DNA of 39,458 nucleotides from Eubacteriales bacterium (GTDB lineage Bacteria; Bacillota; Clostridia; Oscillospirales; CAG-272): NCBI GenBank assembly GCA_045596205.1, contig JAZOBX010000337.1, positions 1 to 39,458 of the forward strand, read 5' to 3'. Shown piece by piece: positions 31,812 to 39,458 of this stretch (position 1 is its first letter; each line of letters starts with the position of its first letter). The notes under the pieces were generated by a model. It saw only the letters and a program-made list of their open reading frames with translations, ran no database searches and was not told where the DNA came from. The position numbers and the translations under genes were made by a program.

Positions 31812-33619
31812 GCCGTAACCGTTACGACATAGACGAAACCTTAGAAAGAAAAATGGACTTTTCAAAGCTTGGTCGCATGGGGAAGTATATCCGTCCCCAT
31901 ATCAAGCTGATGCTATTGGCCTTGGTGCTGATACTGGTGTCCTCTCTTCTGGGGCTTTTGGTCCCCTCCGTTTTGCAGCTGGTCATTGACCGGGTCATTC
32001 CCGCCAAAGACATCCCCCGCCTGATTCGGCTCACCGTCTTTACGGTGCTGTGCATCGTTGTCTCTGCTCTCCTGGGTACTCTGCGCAACGTCATCATGGC
32101 GAGAGTGGGGCAAGAGGTGGTTTACAGCATTCGCCGAGACCTGTTTGCTCATTTGCAGAAGCTCCCCTTTAACTACTACGATAGCCGTCCCCACGGCAAA
32201 ATCCTGGTGCGCGTGGTCAACTATGTCAACGCCGTGTCGGACACCATGACCAACGGCCTGCTTACCGCCATTATGGGTCTGCTCAACATCTTCTTTATCA
32301 CGGGCTTTATGTTTGCCCTTGACGTGCGCCTGACTCTCTATGTGCTGACGGGCATTCCCGTTTTGGTGGGCATTACCCTCATCATTAAAAAATACCAAAA
32401 ACGCTTTAACTTTATCTCCAACAATAAATCCTCCAATCTGACCGCCTACGTGTGTGAGTCCATCTCGGGGGTAAAGGTGACCCAAACCTTCCACCGCCAA
32501 GAGGAAAACATGAACATTTTCATGCGCCTGAGCCAAGCCCTCCATCGCGCATGGATGAACATGGCAATGACCAACAACGCCATGTGGCCCGTGACCCAAC
32601 TGCTTAAACAAATCGCCGTTGGCATCGTCTATGTGGCAGGCGCGTTGCTTATCGGCGGAGGCGGCGCGGTAGAAGTGGGTGTCATGATTGCCATGGGTAC
32701 CTATGCAGGTAACCTTTGGCAGCCCTTTATCACCCTCGCCAATATCTACACCAACTTTATCACCACCCTTTCCTATCTGGAGCGCATTTTCCAAACCATG
32801 GATGAGCCCGTTGAGCCTGAAAGGCCAGATGCGATAGAGTGGAAATCTCCCAAAGGGGAAGTGGAATTTCGCGACGTGACCTTTGCCTACGAACCCAACA
32901 GCACCGTCCTTTCCCACATGAGCTTCCATGTGGAAGCGGGGAAATCCGTGGCGCTTGTGGGGGAAACGGGGTCGGGTAAGTCCACCGTCGTCAGCCTCAT
33001 CAGCCGCTTCTATCCTGTAGAAGACGGGCATATTTTCCTTGACGGCCAGGACCTTAACGCCTTTACCCTGCAATCTCTTCGCCAAGGCATGGGGGTCATG
33101 CTCCAGGACAGCTTCATTTTCTCGGGCACCATTATGGACAATATCCGCTACGGCAGACTGGACGCCACCGACGAGGAAGTCAGAGCCGCCGCAAAAGCGG
33201 TCTGCGCAGACGCCTTCATTTCCGCCATGCCGGAGGGGTATATGACCGAGGTCAACGAGCGGGGCGGTATGCTCTCCCAAGGGCAAAAGCAACTGATTTC
33301 CTTTGCCCGCACCCTCCTTGCCGACCCTGCCATTCTCATTTTGGACGAAGCCACCTCTTCTATTGACGCCAAAACCGAAAAACTGCTCCAAAAAGGCATT
33401 GACACATTGCTGAAGGGCAGAACCTCCTTTATCATTGCCCACCGCCTTTCCACCATTCGCCGTTGCGACACCATCTACTATTTGGAAAAAGGCAAAATTC
33501 TGGAAAGCGGCACCCACGACGAGCTGATGGCTCTGCAGGGCAACTACCACCGTCTGGTCACCGTGCAAGCCACCGACGGCATAGCCCCCCAAATAGAAAA
33601 AGAGGTATCTTGCGTATAA
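31808..33619 (+). CDS. ABC exporter subunit (fused TMD-NBD), consensus-site partner
   Basis: The GTG start overlaps the upstream stop (GTGA) and has GGAGGTG 8 nt upstream. Walker A GETGSGKST, Walker B ILILDEAT and H-loop IIAHR are canonical. The signature is degenerate (LSQGQKQ). Confidence 0.85.
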   Translation: MSRNRYDIDETLERKMDFSKLGRMGKYIRPHIKLMLLALVLILVSSLLGLLVPSVLQLVIDRVIPAKDIPRLIRLTVFTVLCIVVSALLGTLRNVIMARVGQEVVYSIRRDLFAHLQKLPFNYYDSRPHGKILVRVVNYVNAVSDTMTNGLLTAIMGLLNIFFITGFMFALDVRLTLYVLTGIPVLVGITLIIKKYQKRFNFISNNKSSNLTAYVCESISGVKVTQTFHRQEENMNIFMRLSQALHRAWMNMAMTNNAMWPVTQLLKQIAVGIVYVAGALLIGGGGAVEVGVMIAMGTYAGNLWQPFITLANIYTNFITTLSYLERIFQTMDEPVEPERPDAIEWKSPKGEVEFRDVTFAYEPNSTVLSHMSFHVEAGKSVALVGETGSGKSTVVSLISRFYPVEDGHIFLDGQDLNAFTLQSLRQGMGVMLQDSFIFSGTIMDNIRYGRLDATDEEVRAAAKAVCADAFISAMPEGYMTEVNERGGMLSQGQKQLISFARTLLADPAILILDEATSSIDAKTEKLLQKGIDTLLKGRTSFIIAHRLSTIRRCDTIYYLEKGKILESGTHDELMALQGNYHRLVTVQATDGIAPQIEKEVSCV

Positions 33620-33691
33620 AAGCCCCCGTTCCCATAGCACAACGGAGTTGTCGCATTTCTCAGAACAATTCAAACCACTATAACAAACAAA

Positions 33692-33744
33692 AGAGCAAGG
33701 ATAAAAGGATATATAAAACCTTCTATTCTTGCTCTTGTTTTTTC
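33692..33744 (+). terminator. Terminator of the ABC exporter operon
   Basis: agagcaag (33692-33699) / cttgctct (33728-33735), followed by TGTTTTTTC. Confidence 0.55.
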
Positions 33745-34085
33745 TGTCGATATATTCATCTTTCGTGAAATTTGTTCACGAAAGATGAATGCGATATACT
33801 CGCAATTTGCTTTGCAAATTTATGCTCGTGCGATATATTGTCGCAGCTTGTTGTGCAAGCAATGCTCCAATGCGATATGATACAAATCCCTTCGTTTTAG
33901 CATATCTCGCCTGCGGCGAGTATGTTAAAACATATCGCTTGCGAAAGCAAATATCGCTCCCGAAGGGAATATTTGCTATTCGTCGGGCGAACACGACGAA
34001 TAACGCAAGATACCGCAAAGCAGTATGCGCAAATCCAAAAAGGGATTTATATCGCTGCGTGATTGCCCTTTAAGGGTATCACGCA
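33745..34085. repeat. Mosaic hairpin-array intergenic repeat (GCGATAT/ATATCGC word type), copy B, inverted relative to copy A
   Basis: A 15-bp perfect hairpin at 33755-33789. GCGATAT occurs at 33791, 33830 and 33872; ATATCGC at 33932, 33951 and 34049. Small hairpins lie between the words (ttgc-gaaa-gcaa, tccc-gaa-ggga, tctcgcc-tgc-ggcgag, tattcgtcg/cgacgaata). The core 33969-34056 matches the reverse complement of 15218-15305 (81 of 88 nt). The terminal hairpin 34057-34084 ends 1 nt from the stop codon of the minus-strand lipoprotein gene. Confidence 0.7.
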
Positions 34086-36245
34086 TTATCCTTCAGGGGT
34101 TTCCGTATCAAAGGTCAACCATTCATAGGCGGGGTCCTCTGCCAGCCCTTCGGGCAGAATGGGGGCTTCAAGGGCTTCGGGATAGGTGATGCTTGCCAAA
34201 AGAGTCACCGTCATGCCGTTCGACATCGTCAGATGTACCGTACCTTGGGAAACACCCGTTTCGTCGGTGGAAAGTGTCACGCTTGCCGTGGCGCCGCTCA
34301 GCTCTTCGGGAATATCCAAACCCATGTCCCAACGCTCTGCCAGCTGTTTCAGACCGTCAACGTCGCATTCCACCAGGTATTTCCCTTCTATGTCGCCAGC
34401 TTTCAGCGACAGGGCAAAGCGGTCAACGTCTCCTGCGCTCACGTAAACAGTCGGCGTGGTGGACGAGGATTTCATGGGCAGGGGAGAGAAGCTTTGGCTC
34501 ATATCCATGTTGAGCATATGGGAGATGACCGTTTCCATATGCTGCAAAGCATCCTGTTTGGACAGCTTTACAGAGACGGTTTTGGTGGCGTTTCCAAGCG
34601 TTATGCCTGCCATATATTTTGTCGATACATCTGTTTTGATATAGACGTTTTCACCGTCTATGTAGAGTGTGCTTTCGCATACCGTAGACAGCACCACCGC
34701 CAGCGCAGGCGTATCGGGGGAGAACAGCAGATTGCCGTTCATCATAGAAGGATATTTGATGCGCAAGCTGAGTGCTACCACCTCTTTATCGGTGAGAAGG
34801 GTATAGGTGATATCGTCCATTTGCACCTTGCCCACAATCGGCAAGGTCATGGACAGCGCCAGTTGCCCTTCGGCTTGGTAGTAACCGTATTCTCCCAGCT
34901 TTTCAAAGGCATCCGCCAAGGCTTTTGCCGCATCCAGCTCCACCTCCACGGGCGCATGAACGGTGGCGGCCTCGCTCTTGTCATGCTTGTGGGTAAAGGT
35001 GAATTCTAAAGAGAATTGCACAGCGGTGTCTTCTACCGTGAGGGCGCAGTCAACAAGAAACAGGGAAAGTCCTTCCTCCGTGGGCATCAGCACACCGCTG
35101 ACAGCTCCCACTTCGGGGATGGAAATGCTGAAATGCAAATTGCCTTCCTCATCAAAATACACGCCGTCGGGAGAGGTGGGTTGATTGGACACCTCAGGCG
35201 TAAGAAGTGTATTTGCCACAGGGGTAGGATTGTTGGAAAATTCGGGATTGAGCAAACCGCCGTTTTCTTTTCCTTCCATCAGAGAAGAGAACAGCTCTTC
35301 TATCACGGTTTCCAGCTCATCCGCAGGCATAGAAAGCTTTATATCTCCCAAACGAAGTACGGCTTCTCCGTTCACTTCGCCGTAAAACAGCTTCAGGGTC
35401 TTAGAGCCGTCTTTTGCCGTAAGAGTAGCGGAAATCCGAGTTTTACCGCCTGCCAGGGCAGGGGACCTTTCGCTTTGGTCAAGGGTCAGCGTATAGTCGC
35501 CGTCTCCTGCGATGCTGACGTCACCTTCCCCTGCAACACCCACGAATCCGCTTTCCAGCAGCAGAAGTTTGCCCAGCAAAAGCGAGGATTCGTTTAGAAG
35601 GGTTTCGGTGTTTGGCGCATCGGGCGATACAAAGTCTTCTTCTAAGGTAATCGTGACGGTATGCTCGGTCAGGCTGTCTTTTGCCTCGATAGAATTGATG
35701 GCGTAGCCATTTTCTGCAGGTAATAATACAACCGTGGCATCCGTTTGACTGTTGCTGAATCCAAAATGGGAAATATCTGCCCGAAGGTCTGCAGAGTCGG
35801 TCAGATTCAGCTTAGGCAAAACGTGGTCAAGCCAGTCTGCCACAGCCCCTTGTAGCTCTGTCGCGCCTTCGTCGGTAAACCGCAAACCGTATCCAAGACC
35901 GTCACCAAAGAGATGGGCTTCCTGTCTGAGTCCGTCCTCCGCGTAGTAGAGCCATCCGTCTCCCGTGGATCGGGCAAGAATCAGTTGACCGTCTTTGGTA
36001 TACGCCAAAAAGGACAGTTCGCCCTGTTTCGACGCCACCTGAAAACGGTATGCGCGCCCCATAGAAAGGGATTCCCACAGCCATTCCGAAACGGTTTTGG
36101 TGGGCGGTGGTGGCGTGGTGGTAGTGGTAGTGGTGGTGGCGGGAGGCGGTGGGTTGGTGGTCGTGGTGTCCTTTTCTTTGCATCCCCAAAGGGCGCACAG
36201 CAAAACCAGACACAGCAAAACAAGTGATAAAAAGCGAGCTTTCAT
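34086..36245 (-). CDS. Lipoprotein of unknown function (719 aa) with a Thr/Pro-rich linker
   Basis: Signal peptide plus lipobox LWGC, then TTTTNPPPPATTTTTTTTPPPPTK. The remaining ~660 aa have no motif I recognise. Confidence 0.7.
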   Translation of the reverse strand: MKARFLSLVLLCLVLLCALWGCKEKDTTTTNPPPPATTTTTTTTPPPPTKTVSEWLWESLSMGRAYRFQVASKQGELSFLAYTKDGQLILARSTGDGWLYYAEDGLRQEAHLFGDGLGYGLRFTDEGATELQGAVADWLDHVLPKLNLTDSADLRADISHFGFSNSQTDATVVLLPAENGYAINSIEAKDSLTEHTVTITLEEDFVSPDAPNTETLLNESSLLLGKLLLLESGFVGVAGEGDVSIAGDGDYTLTLDQSERSPALAGGKTRISATLTAKDGSKTLKLFYGEVNGEAVLRLGDIKLSMPADELETVIEELFSSLMEGKENGGLLNPEFSNNPTPVANTLLTPEVSNQPTSPDGVYFDEEGNLHFSISIPEVGAVSGVLMPTEEGLSLFLVDCALTVEDTAVQFSLEFTFTHKHDKSEAATVHAPVEVELDAAKALADAFEKLGEYGYYQAEGQLALSMTLPIVGKVQMDDITYTLLTDKEVVALSLRIKYPSMMNGNLLFSPDTPALAVVLSTVCESTLYIDGENVYIKTDVSTKYMAGITLGNATKTVSVKLSKQDALQHMETVISHMLNMDMSQSFSPLPMKSSSTTPTVYVSAGDVDRFALSLKAGDIEGKYLVECDVDGLKQLAERWDMGLDIPEELSGATASVTLSTDETGVSQGTVHLTMSNGMTVTLLASITYPEALEAPILPEGLAEDPAYEWLTFDTETPEG

Positions 36246-36305
36246 AGGCTACCTTTCTTTTTGTATACAGGAATCGTTCTATGTAAAAATATATTTTCTA
36301 TTACA

Positions 36306-36334
36306 AGTGTATATTGTTTTTTTTATTTTGTCAA
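36306..36334 (-). promoter_or_regulatory. Candidate promoter of the lipoprotein gene
   Basis: On the minus strand: TTGACA (36334-36329), 17 nt, then TACACT (36311-36306). Confidence 0.35.
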
Positions 36335-36408
36335 GTCCCATTTATCAACGGAAAAGGCAATTTTTTGTGAACAAACCAAAGCCAAAACAAAGGAAAAACA
36401 GGAAAAAG

Positions 36409-36437
36409 TTGCAAAATGCCAAAAAATGTGCTACAAT
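36409..36437 (+). promoter_or_regulatory. Candidate promoter of the hydrolase gene
   Basis: TTGCAA (36409-36414), a 17-nt spacer ending TGTGC, then TACAAT (36432-36437). Confidence 0.5.
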
Positions 36438-36467
36438 TAATCCATCAAAACAAAGGAAAAAATCATC

Positions 36468-37421
36468 ATGCTGTTTGAAAAAACCATTTTGAACCTATAC
36501 AAATCCCAGCTCCACGCCCGCTGTGACGACACGGGTCTGCTTCGCTACTATTCCCACGAGGACTTCTCGGGGCTTTCCTGCACCCCTTATCCCTTCCGCT
36601 CCTCTTTAGGGCACCGTCTTTCGGGATATTTTTACGCCTATGAGAATCCCATTCCCCACCGCCTCGTGGTGTTTGACCACGGCTTTGGCGGCGGTCACCG
36701 CTCTTATATGAAAGAAATTGAAAAGCTCTGCCGCGCAGGCTTTCGTGTGTTTGCCTATGACCACACGGGATGCATGACCTCCGAAGGAGAAGGAGCAAGA
36801 GGCTTTTCCCAGTCTCTTCGTGACCTGGACGATTGCCTGCAAACCCTCAAAGCCGACCCAGCCGTCTGCACCGATGATATCAGCGTCATGGGGCATAGCT
36901 GGGGCGGATACGCCACCCTGAATATTGCCTCTCGCCATCCCGACGTCAAGCGGGTGGTGGTGCTTTCGGGCTTTGTGTCGGTAAAAAAGATGGTGGAGCA
37001 GAATTTTGCAGGACTTTTGAAGGGCTATCAAAAAGCCGTCATGGCGCTGGAAAGAGAAACCAACCCCGATTACGTAGATGCCGACGGCGTTGCCACTCTT
37101 TCTGCCGCAGACACAAAAGCCTTGCTCATCTATGACGAAGGCGACCCGCTGGTGAAAAAATCCCCCCACTATATAGCCTTGCAAGAGGGGCTCAAAGGAA
37201 AAGAAAACGTCACCCTTCTTCTCACAGAAGGCAAAGCCCATAATCCCAACTACACCAAAGAGGCGGTAGTCCAACTCGCCGCTCTGCAAAAAGCGCTAAA
37301 AAAGACGAAAAACCTAAAAACCCCCGCCCAAAAGACCGCATTCAGAGACTCTTTTGACTGGGAGAAAATCACCGAGCAGGACGAAGCCCTGTGGGCAGAG
37401 ATTCTCCGTTTTCTCAAATAA
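36468..37421 (+). CDS. Alpha/beta-fold hydrolase (serine esterase/peptidase-like)
   Basis: VVFDHGFGGGH (oxyanion region), the nucleophile elbow GHSWGG, and later ..YDEGDPLV.. and ..GKAHNP.. as candidate Asp and His of the triad. Confidence 0.7.
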   Translation: MLFEKTILNLYKSQLHARCDDTGLLRYYSHEDFSGLSCTPYPFRSSLGHRLSGYFYAYENPIPHRLVVFDHGFGGGHRSYMKEIEKLCRAGFRVFAYDHTGCMTSEGEGARGFSQSLRDLDDCLQTLKADPAVCTDDISVMGHSWGGYATLNIASRHPDVKRVVVLSGFVSVKKMVEQNFAGLLKGYQKAVMALERETNPDYVDADGVATLSAADTKALLIYDEGDPLVKKSPHYIALQEGLKGKENVTLLLTEGKAHNPNYTKEAVVQLAALQKALKKTKNLKTPAQKTAFRDSFDWEKITEQDEALWAEILRFLK

Positions 37422-37430
37422 AAAAGAAAA

Positions 37431-37464
37431 GTGGCTGTCACAGTGTGACAGCCACAGTTTTTTG
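37431..37464. terminator. Bidirectional terminator between convergent genes
   Basis: gtggctgtcaca / tgtgacagccac (12 bp, 1-nt loop), flanked by an A-rich 5' tract and AGTTTTTTG on the 3' side. Confidence 0.8.
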
Positions 37465-37493
37465 AGAAAAATATCCGTTTTCTTTTGGGTGGA

Positions 37494-39458
37494 TTAGAAA
37501 TCGTGTTTTGCTGCCAGCTTTGCGGGAGGATCATACAGTAAGCGCAAAACGGGAAGCATAGAGAACAGCAAGCGAATCACCAAAATGGCAAGCAAGGTCA
37601 AAGCCGCCGCAGACAAGGGGAAAATCATGAAAAAGTCAATGGCTTGGGCTTGGCTGAGCAAATTGACGGTAGCCCACGAGAGCAACACGGTGGGCAGGGC
37701 GTATTTCAAGGTCACGGTAATGCTTTCCACCGCAAACACAAACAGCAAATTGGGCTTGGGAATCCCCAATAAGCGGTATACCGCCACCACGTCCATATGC
37801 TCGTTGATTTTGGAGCGTTGCATCAGATACAGCATCACGAGAGACAGCAAAAATACCGCCGCTGTAACGATGGTTCTGGAGTCCGCTTTCACACTGGTTT
37901 CCGCCACGTATTCTGCGTAAGCCTCTGCCCAGTGGTCGGTGTAGCGTACTTCGATCATCCCTTCCAGCTCATCGGGCATACTGTTTTTCAGATACCGAAT
38001 CACCGCTTCTTTGTCCGCGCACCAGATAAAGGTGGTCTTTGCGCCGTTGGTCAACGTATTGACGTACATTTCGTCCACCAGCTCATCCGCCACCACGTAT
38101 TTGGCAGTAATCCCATGTCCCACGTCTACAGGCGCATCCATGATCATCAGGTTTTTGCTCGGTTGGCCAAAAGACCTGATTTTTCCCACCATCACGGTGT
38201 AGGTCATGCCCGCATTGTCCGCCAGAACGATGCACTGGTCAGGGGCAAGGGTATCCAACTTGTCATAGCCCGTAATGGCGCAAAATTCAGAAAACCGCAT
38301 CAGGTCAATGCCACTGGGGGTTTGGGACAGCAATGCCTCCGTGGACAGATACATAGCAGGCTCGCCCGAGTCGCAAATGCCTACGATAGTGGGAGAAAAG
38401 GTGGATTTACTGCTGGATACAAGTTGTTTACCGAGAAAATAGTCTCTGTTTGGGATAATGTTCTGCAAAATACCGCTGTCTGAAAGATAGGTATCCAAAA
38501 GCCAACGGTCCACCACGATTTCATCCGAGCGTTGGGGCATTCTGCCGAGGATCAGGGCAGAAGGGTCAAGACGGCTGATGTGGGTGTAGTTGAGAAACTG
38601 CATTTTCATCGACAGCTCGCCCAGCTGGGGCACGGTATCGTCTTTATAAATATAATACCGCCCGCCGCCGCTGTTTGTCACGTAGTCGAAATCAGGCACC
38701 GCCTCTTTAAGGGACTGCATATAGGTGTCTATGTAGGGAGAAAGAGACCAAACTTCTCTTGGCAGGTCCTCTCCGCGCAAAAATTCCAGTTCCAGCACGT
38801 GGGAGTCGGTTTTGATAAAGTTTTCGGGGTTTACGTGGGAGAGGGTGATTATATCCGCCACAGATAACGAAAGCATGGCAGACAGCAGTACCACAAACAC
38901 CAGCATCCCCACCTTGCCCAGACGACGGCTGGACACAAGGGACTTTGCCTCGCGCAGTAAAAACCGAATACCCAGCCCCTTGCCTTTTTGGGCGTGGGGG
39001 TCTTTTGAGGGGGCGGGGAACAAGCTTTCCTCCTCTTTTCCCGCAAAGCTGTCTTCTGTCATCACAGGCCGTTTGCCTTCGATAAGCGTGGGGGGAGTGG
39101 CGGCTTCAGAGCAAAGCACCACCCGTCTGTCGTCGGTTTTGATAATGATGCGGTCTTTTTCCCGAATCACCGTCAGAGAAATAGGCGGAGCCCCTTCTTG
39201 GCTCAGAAGGCGAAGAGAAACCCCGTCCCCCTCTGCCCGGCTTTCCGCATATTCCTCGCTGTATACAGCGCCCTTCACGCCGCCGTGTATCACGCCTCTG
39301 TTCCATTCGGTTACGTCATCTGTAATGCGTCCGTCCTCAATTTTGATAATACGGTCGGCAAAAAAGCGGGCAATACGCTCTTCGTGGGTCACCATCACCA
39401 CCAGACTGTCTTTGGACAGCTTTTTCAGAATGGAACAAATGAAGTCGGATCGTAGCCA
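37494..39458 (-). CDS. Fused ABC-transporter ATPase / FtsX-like permease (5' end outside the window)
   Basis: The reading frame is open to the window edge (..SILKKLSKDSLVVMVTHEERIARFFADRIIKIEDGRI is the end of an ABC NBD). A TM follows, then a ~350-aa extracytoplasmic region and a C-terminal 3-TM FtsX-type bundle. Confidence 0.7.
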   Translation of the reverse strand, partial: WLRSDFICSILKKLSKDSLVVMVTHEERIARFFADRIIKIEDGRITDDVTEWNRGVIHGGVKGAVYSEEYAESRAEGDGVSLRLLSQEGAPPISLTVIREKDRIIIKTDDRRVVLCSEAATPPTLIEGKRPVMTEDSFAGKEEESLFPAPSKDPHAQKGKGLGIRFLLREAKSLVSSRRLGKVGMLVFVVLLSAMLSLSVADIITLSHVNPENFIKTDSHVLELEFLRGEDLPREVWSLSPYIDTYMQSLKEAVPDFDYVTNSGGGRYYIYKDDTVPQLGELSMKMQFLNYTHISRLDPSALILGRMPQRSDEIVVDRWLLDTYLSDSGILQNIIPNRDYFLGKQLVSSSKSTFSPTIVGICDSGEPAMYLSTEALLSQTPSGIDLMRFSEFCAITGYDKLDTLAPDQCIVLADNAGMTYTVMVGKIRSFGQPSKNLMIMDAPVDVGHGITAKYVVADELVDEMYVNTLTNGAKTTFIWCADKEAVIRYLKNSMPDELEGMIEVRYTDHWAEAYAEYVAETSVKADSRTIVTAAVFLLSLVMLYLMQRSKINEHMDVVAVYRLLGIPKPNLLFVFAVESITVTLKYALPTVLLSWATVNLLSQAQAIDFFMIFPLSAAALTLLAILVIRLLFSMLPVLRLLYDPPAKLAAKHDF

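Noticed and set aside
30528..33673. 395-aa and 586-aa minus-strand ORFs opposite the ABC exporter genes
   Set aside because: They are antisense to genes with complete Walker A, Walker B and signature motifs, so they are shadow frames.
15193..34085. Reading the two inverted 88-nt cores as terminal inverted repeats of an 18.7-kb mobile island carrying the MMPL, SipW-cluster and ABC genes
   Set aside because: No integrase, transposase or recombinase is present, and no target-site duplication was seen. Both copies sit in the same polarity against the stop codon of an outward-lying gene, which fits a dispersed 3'-UTR element better. This is kept only as a minor alternative in the findings.

Overview
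This looks like a chromosomal segment from a Clostridia-class Firmicute. Taxonomy is inferred from AGGAG-type RBSs 6-9 nt before starts, TTGACA/TATAAT promoters, stem-loop plus T-run terminators and lipobox lipoproteins. I support about 25 genes; the long antisense ORFs in the track are shadow ORFs.

Left part (0.3-15.2 kb): a PL8 polysaccharide-lyase lipoprotein, a YugP-type Zn-peptidase, a DUF2156 protein, a MinD/ParA-like plus methylglyoxal-synthase-like pair that both lack key catalytic residues, holA, parE-parC, nudF, a small membrane protein and a sugar-phosphate isomerase/epimerase.

Centre: a 1047-aa MMPL/RND transporter carrying five internal repeats of about 80 aa. It is followed by the most interesting part of the window, a 10.5-kb plus-strand cluster (19149-29656). 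This cluster starts at a perfect consensus promoter with a structured 150-nt leader and ends at a terminator. It encodes two archaeal/ER-type (SipW-like, S26B) signal peptidases. It also encodes four secreted proteins that share one N-terminal signature, G-T-x-(F/Y)-(A/S) followed by (K/R)-Y-V: two paralogues of about 240 aa, a 646-aa protein and a 1196-aa beta-helix-repeat protein. A fifth paralogue has a transmembrane segment at both ends, and a membrane protein is translationally coupled to the first peptidase. I read this as an undescribed multi-subunit SipW-dependent (TasA/BsaA-like) surface-fibre or adhesin system.

Right part: a heterodimeric ABC exporter with one degenerate ATP site, an orphan 719-aa lipoprotein, an alpha/beta hydrolase and a window-truncated fused ABC ATPase/FtsX-like permease.

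Three intergenic loci (1-262, 15193-15470, 33745-34085) carry a mosaic repeat family built of short unrelated hairpins separated by a constant 6-7-nt word. Two of these loci share a 92%-identical 88-nt core in inverted orientation. No rRNA, tRNA, CRISPR array, transposase or integrase was seen.
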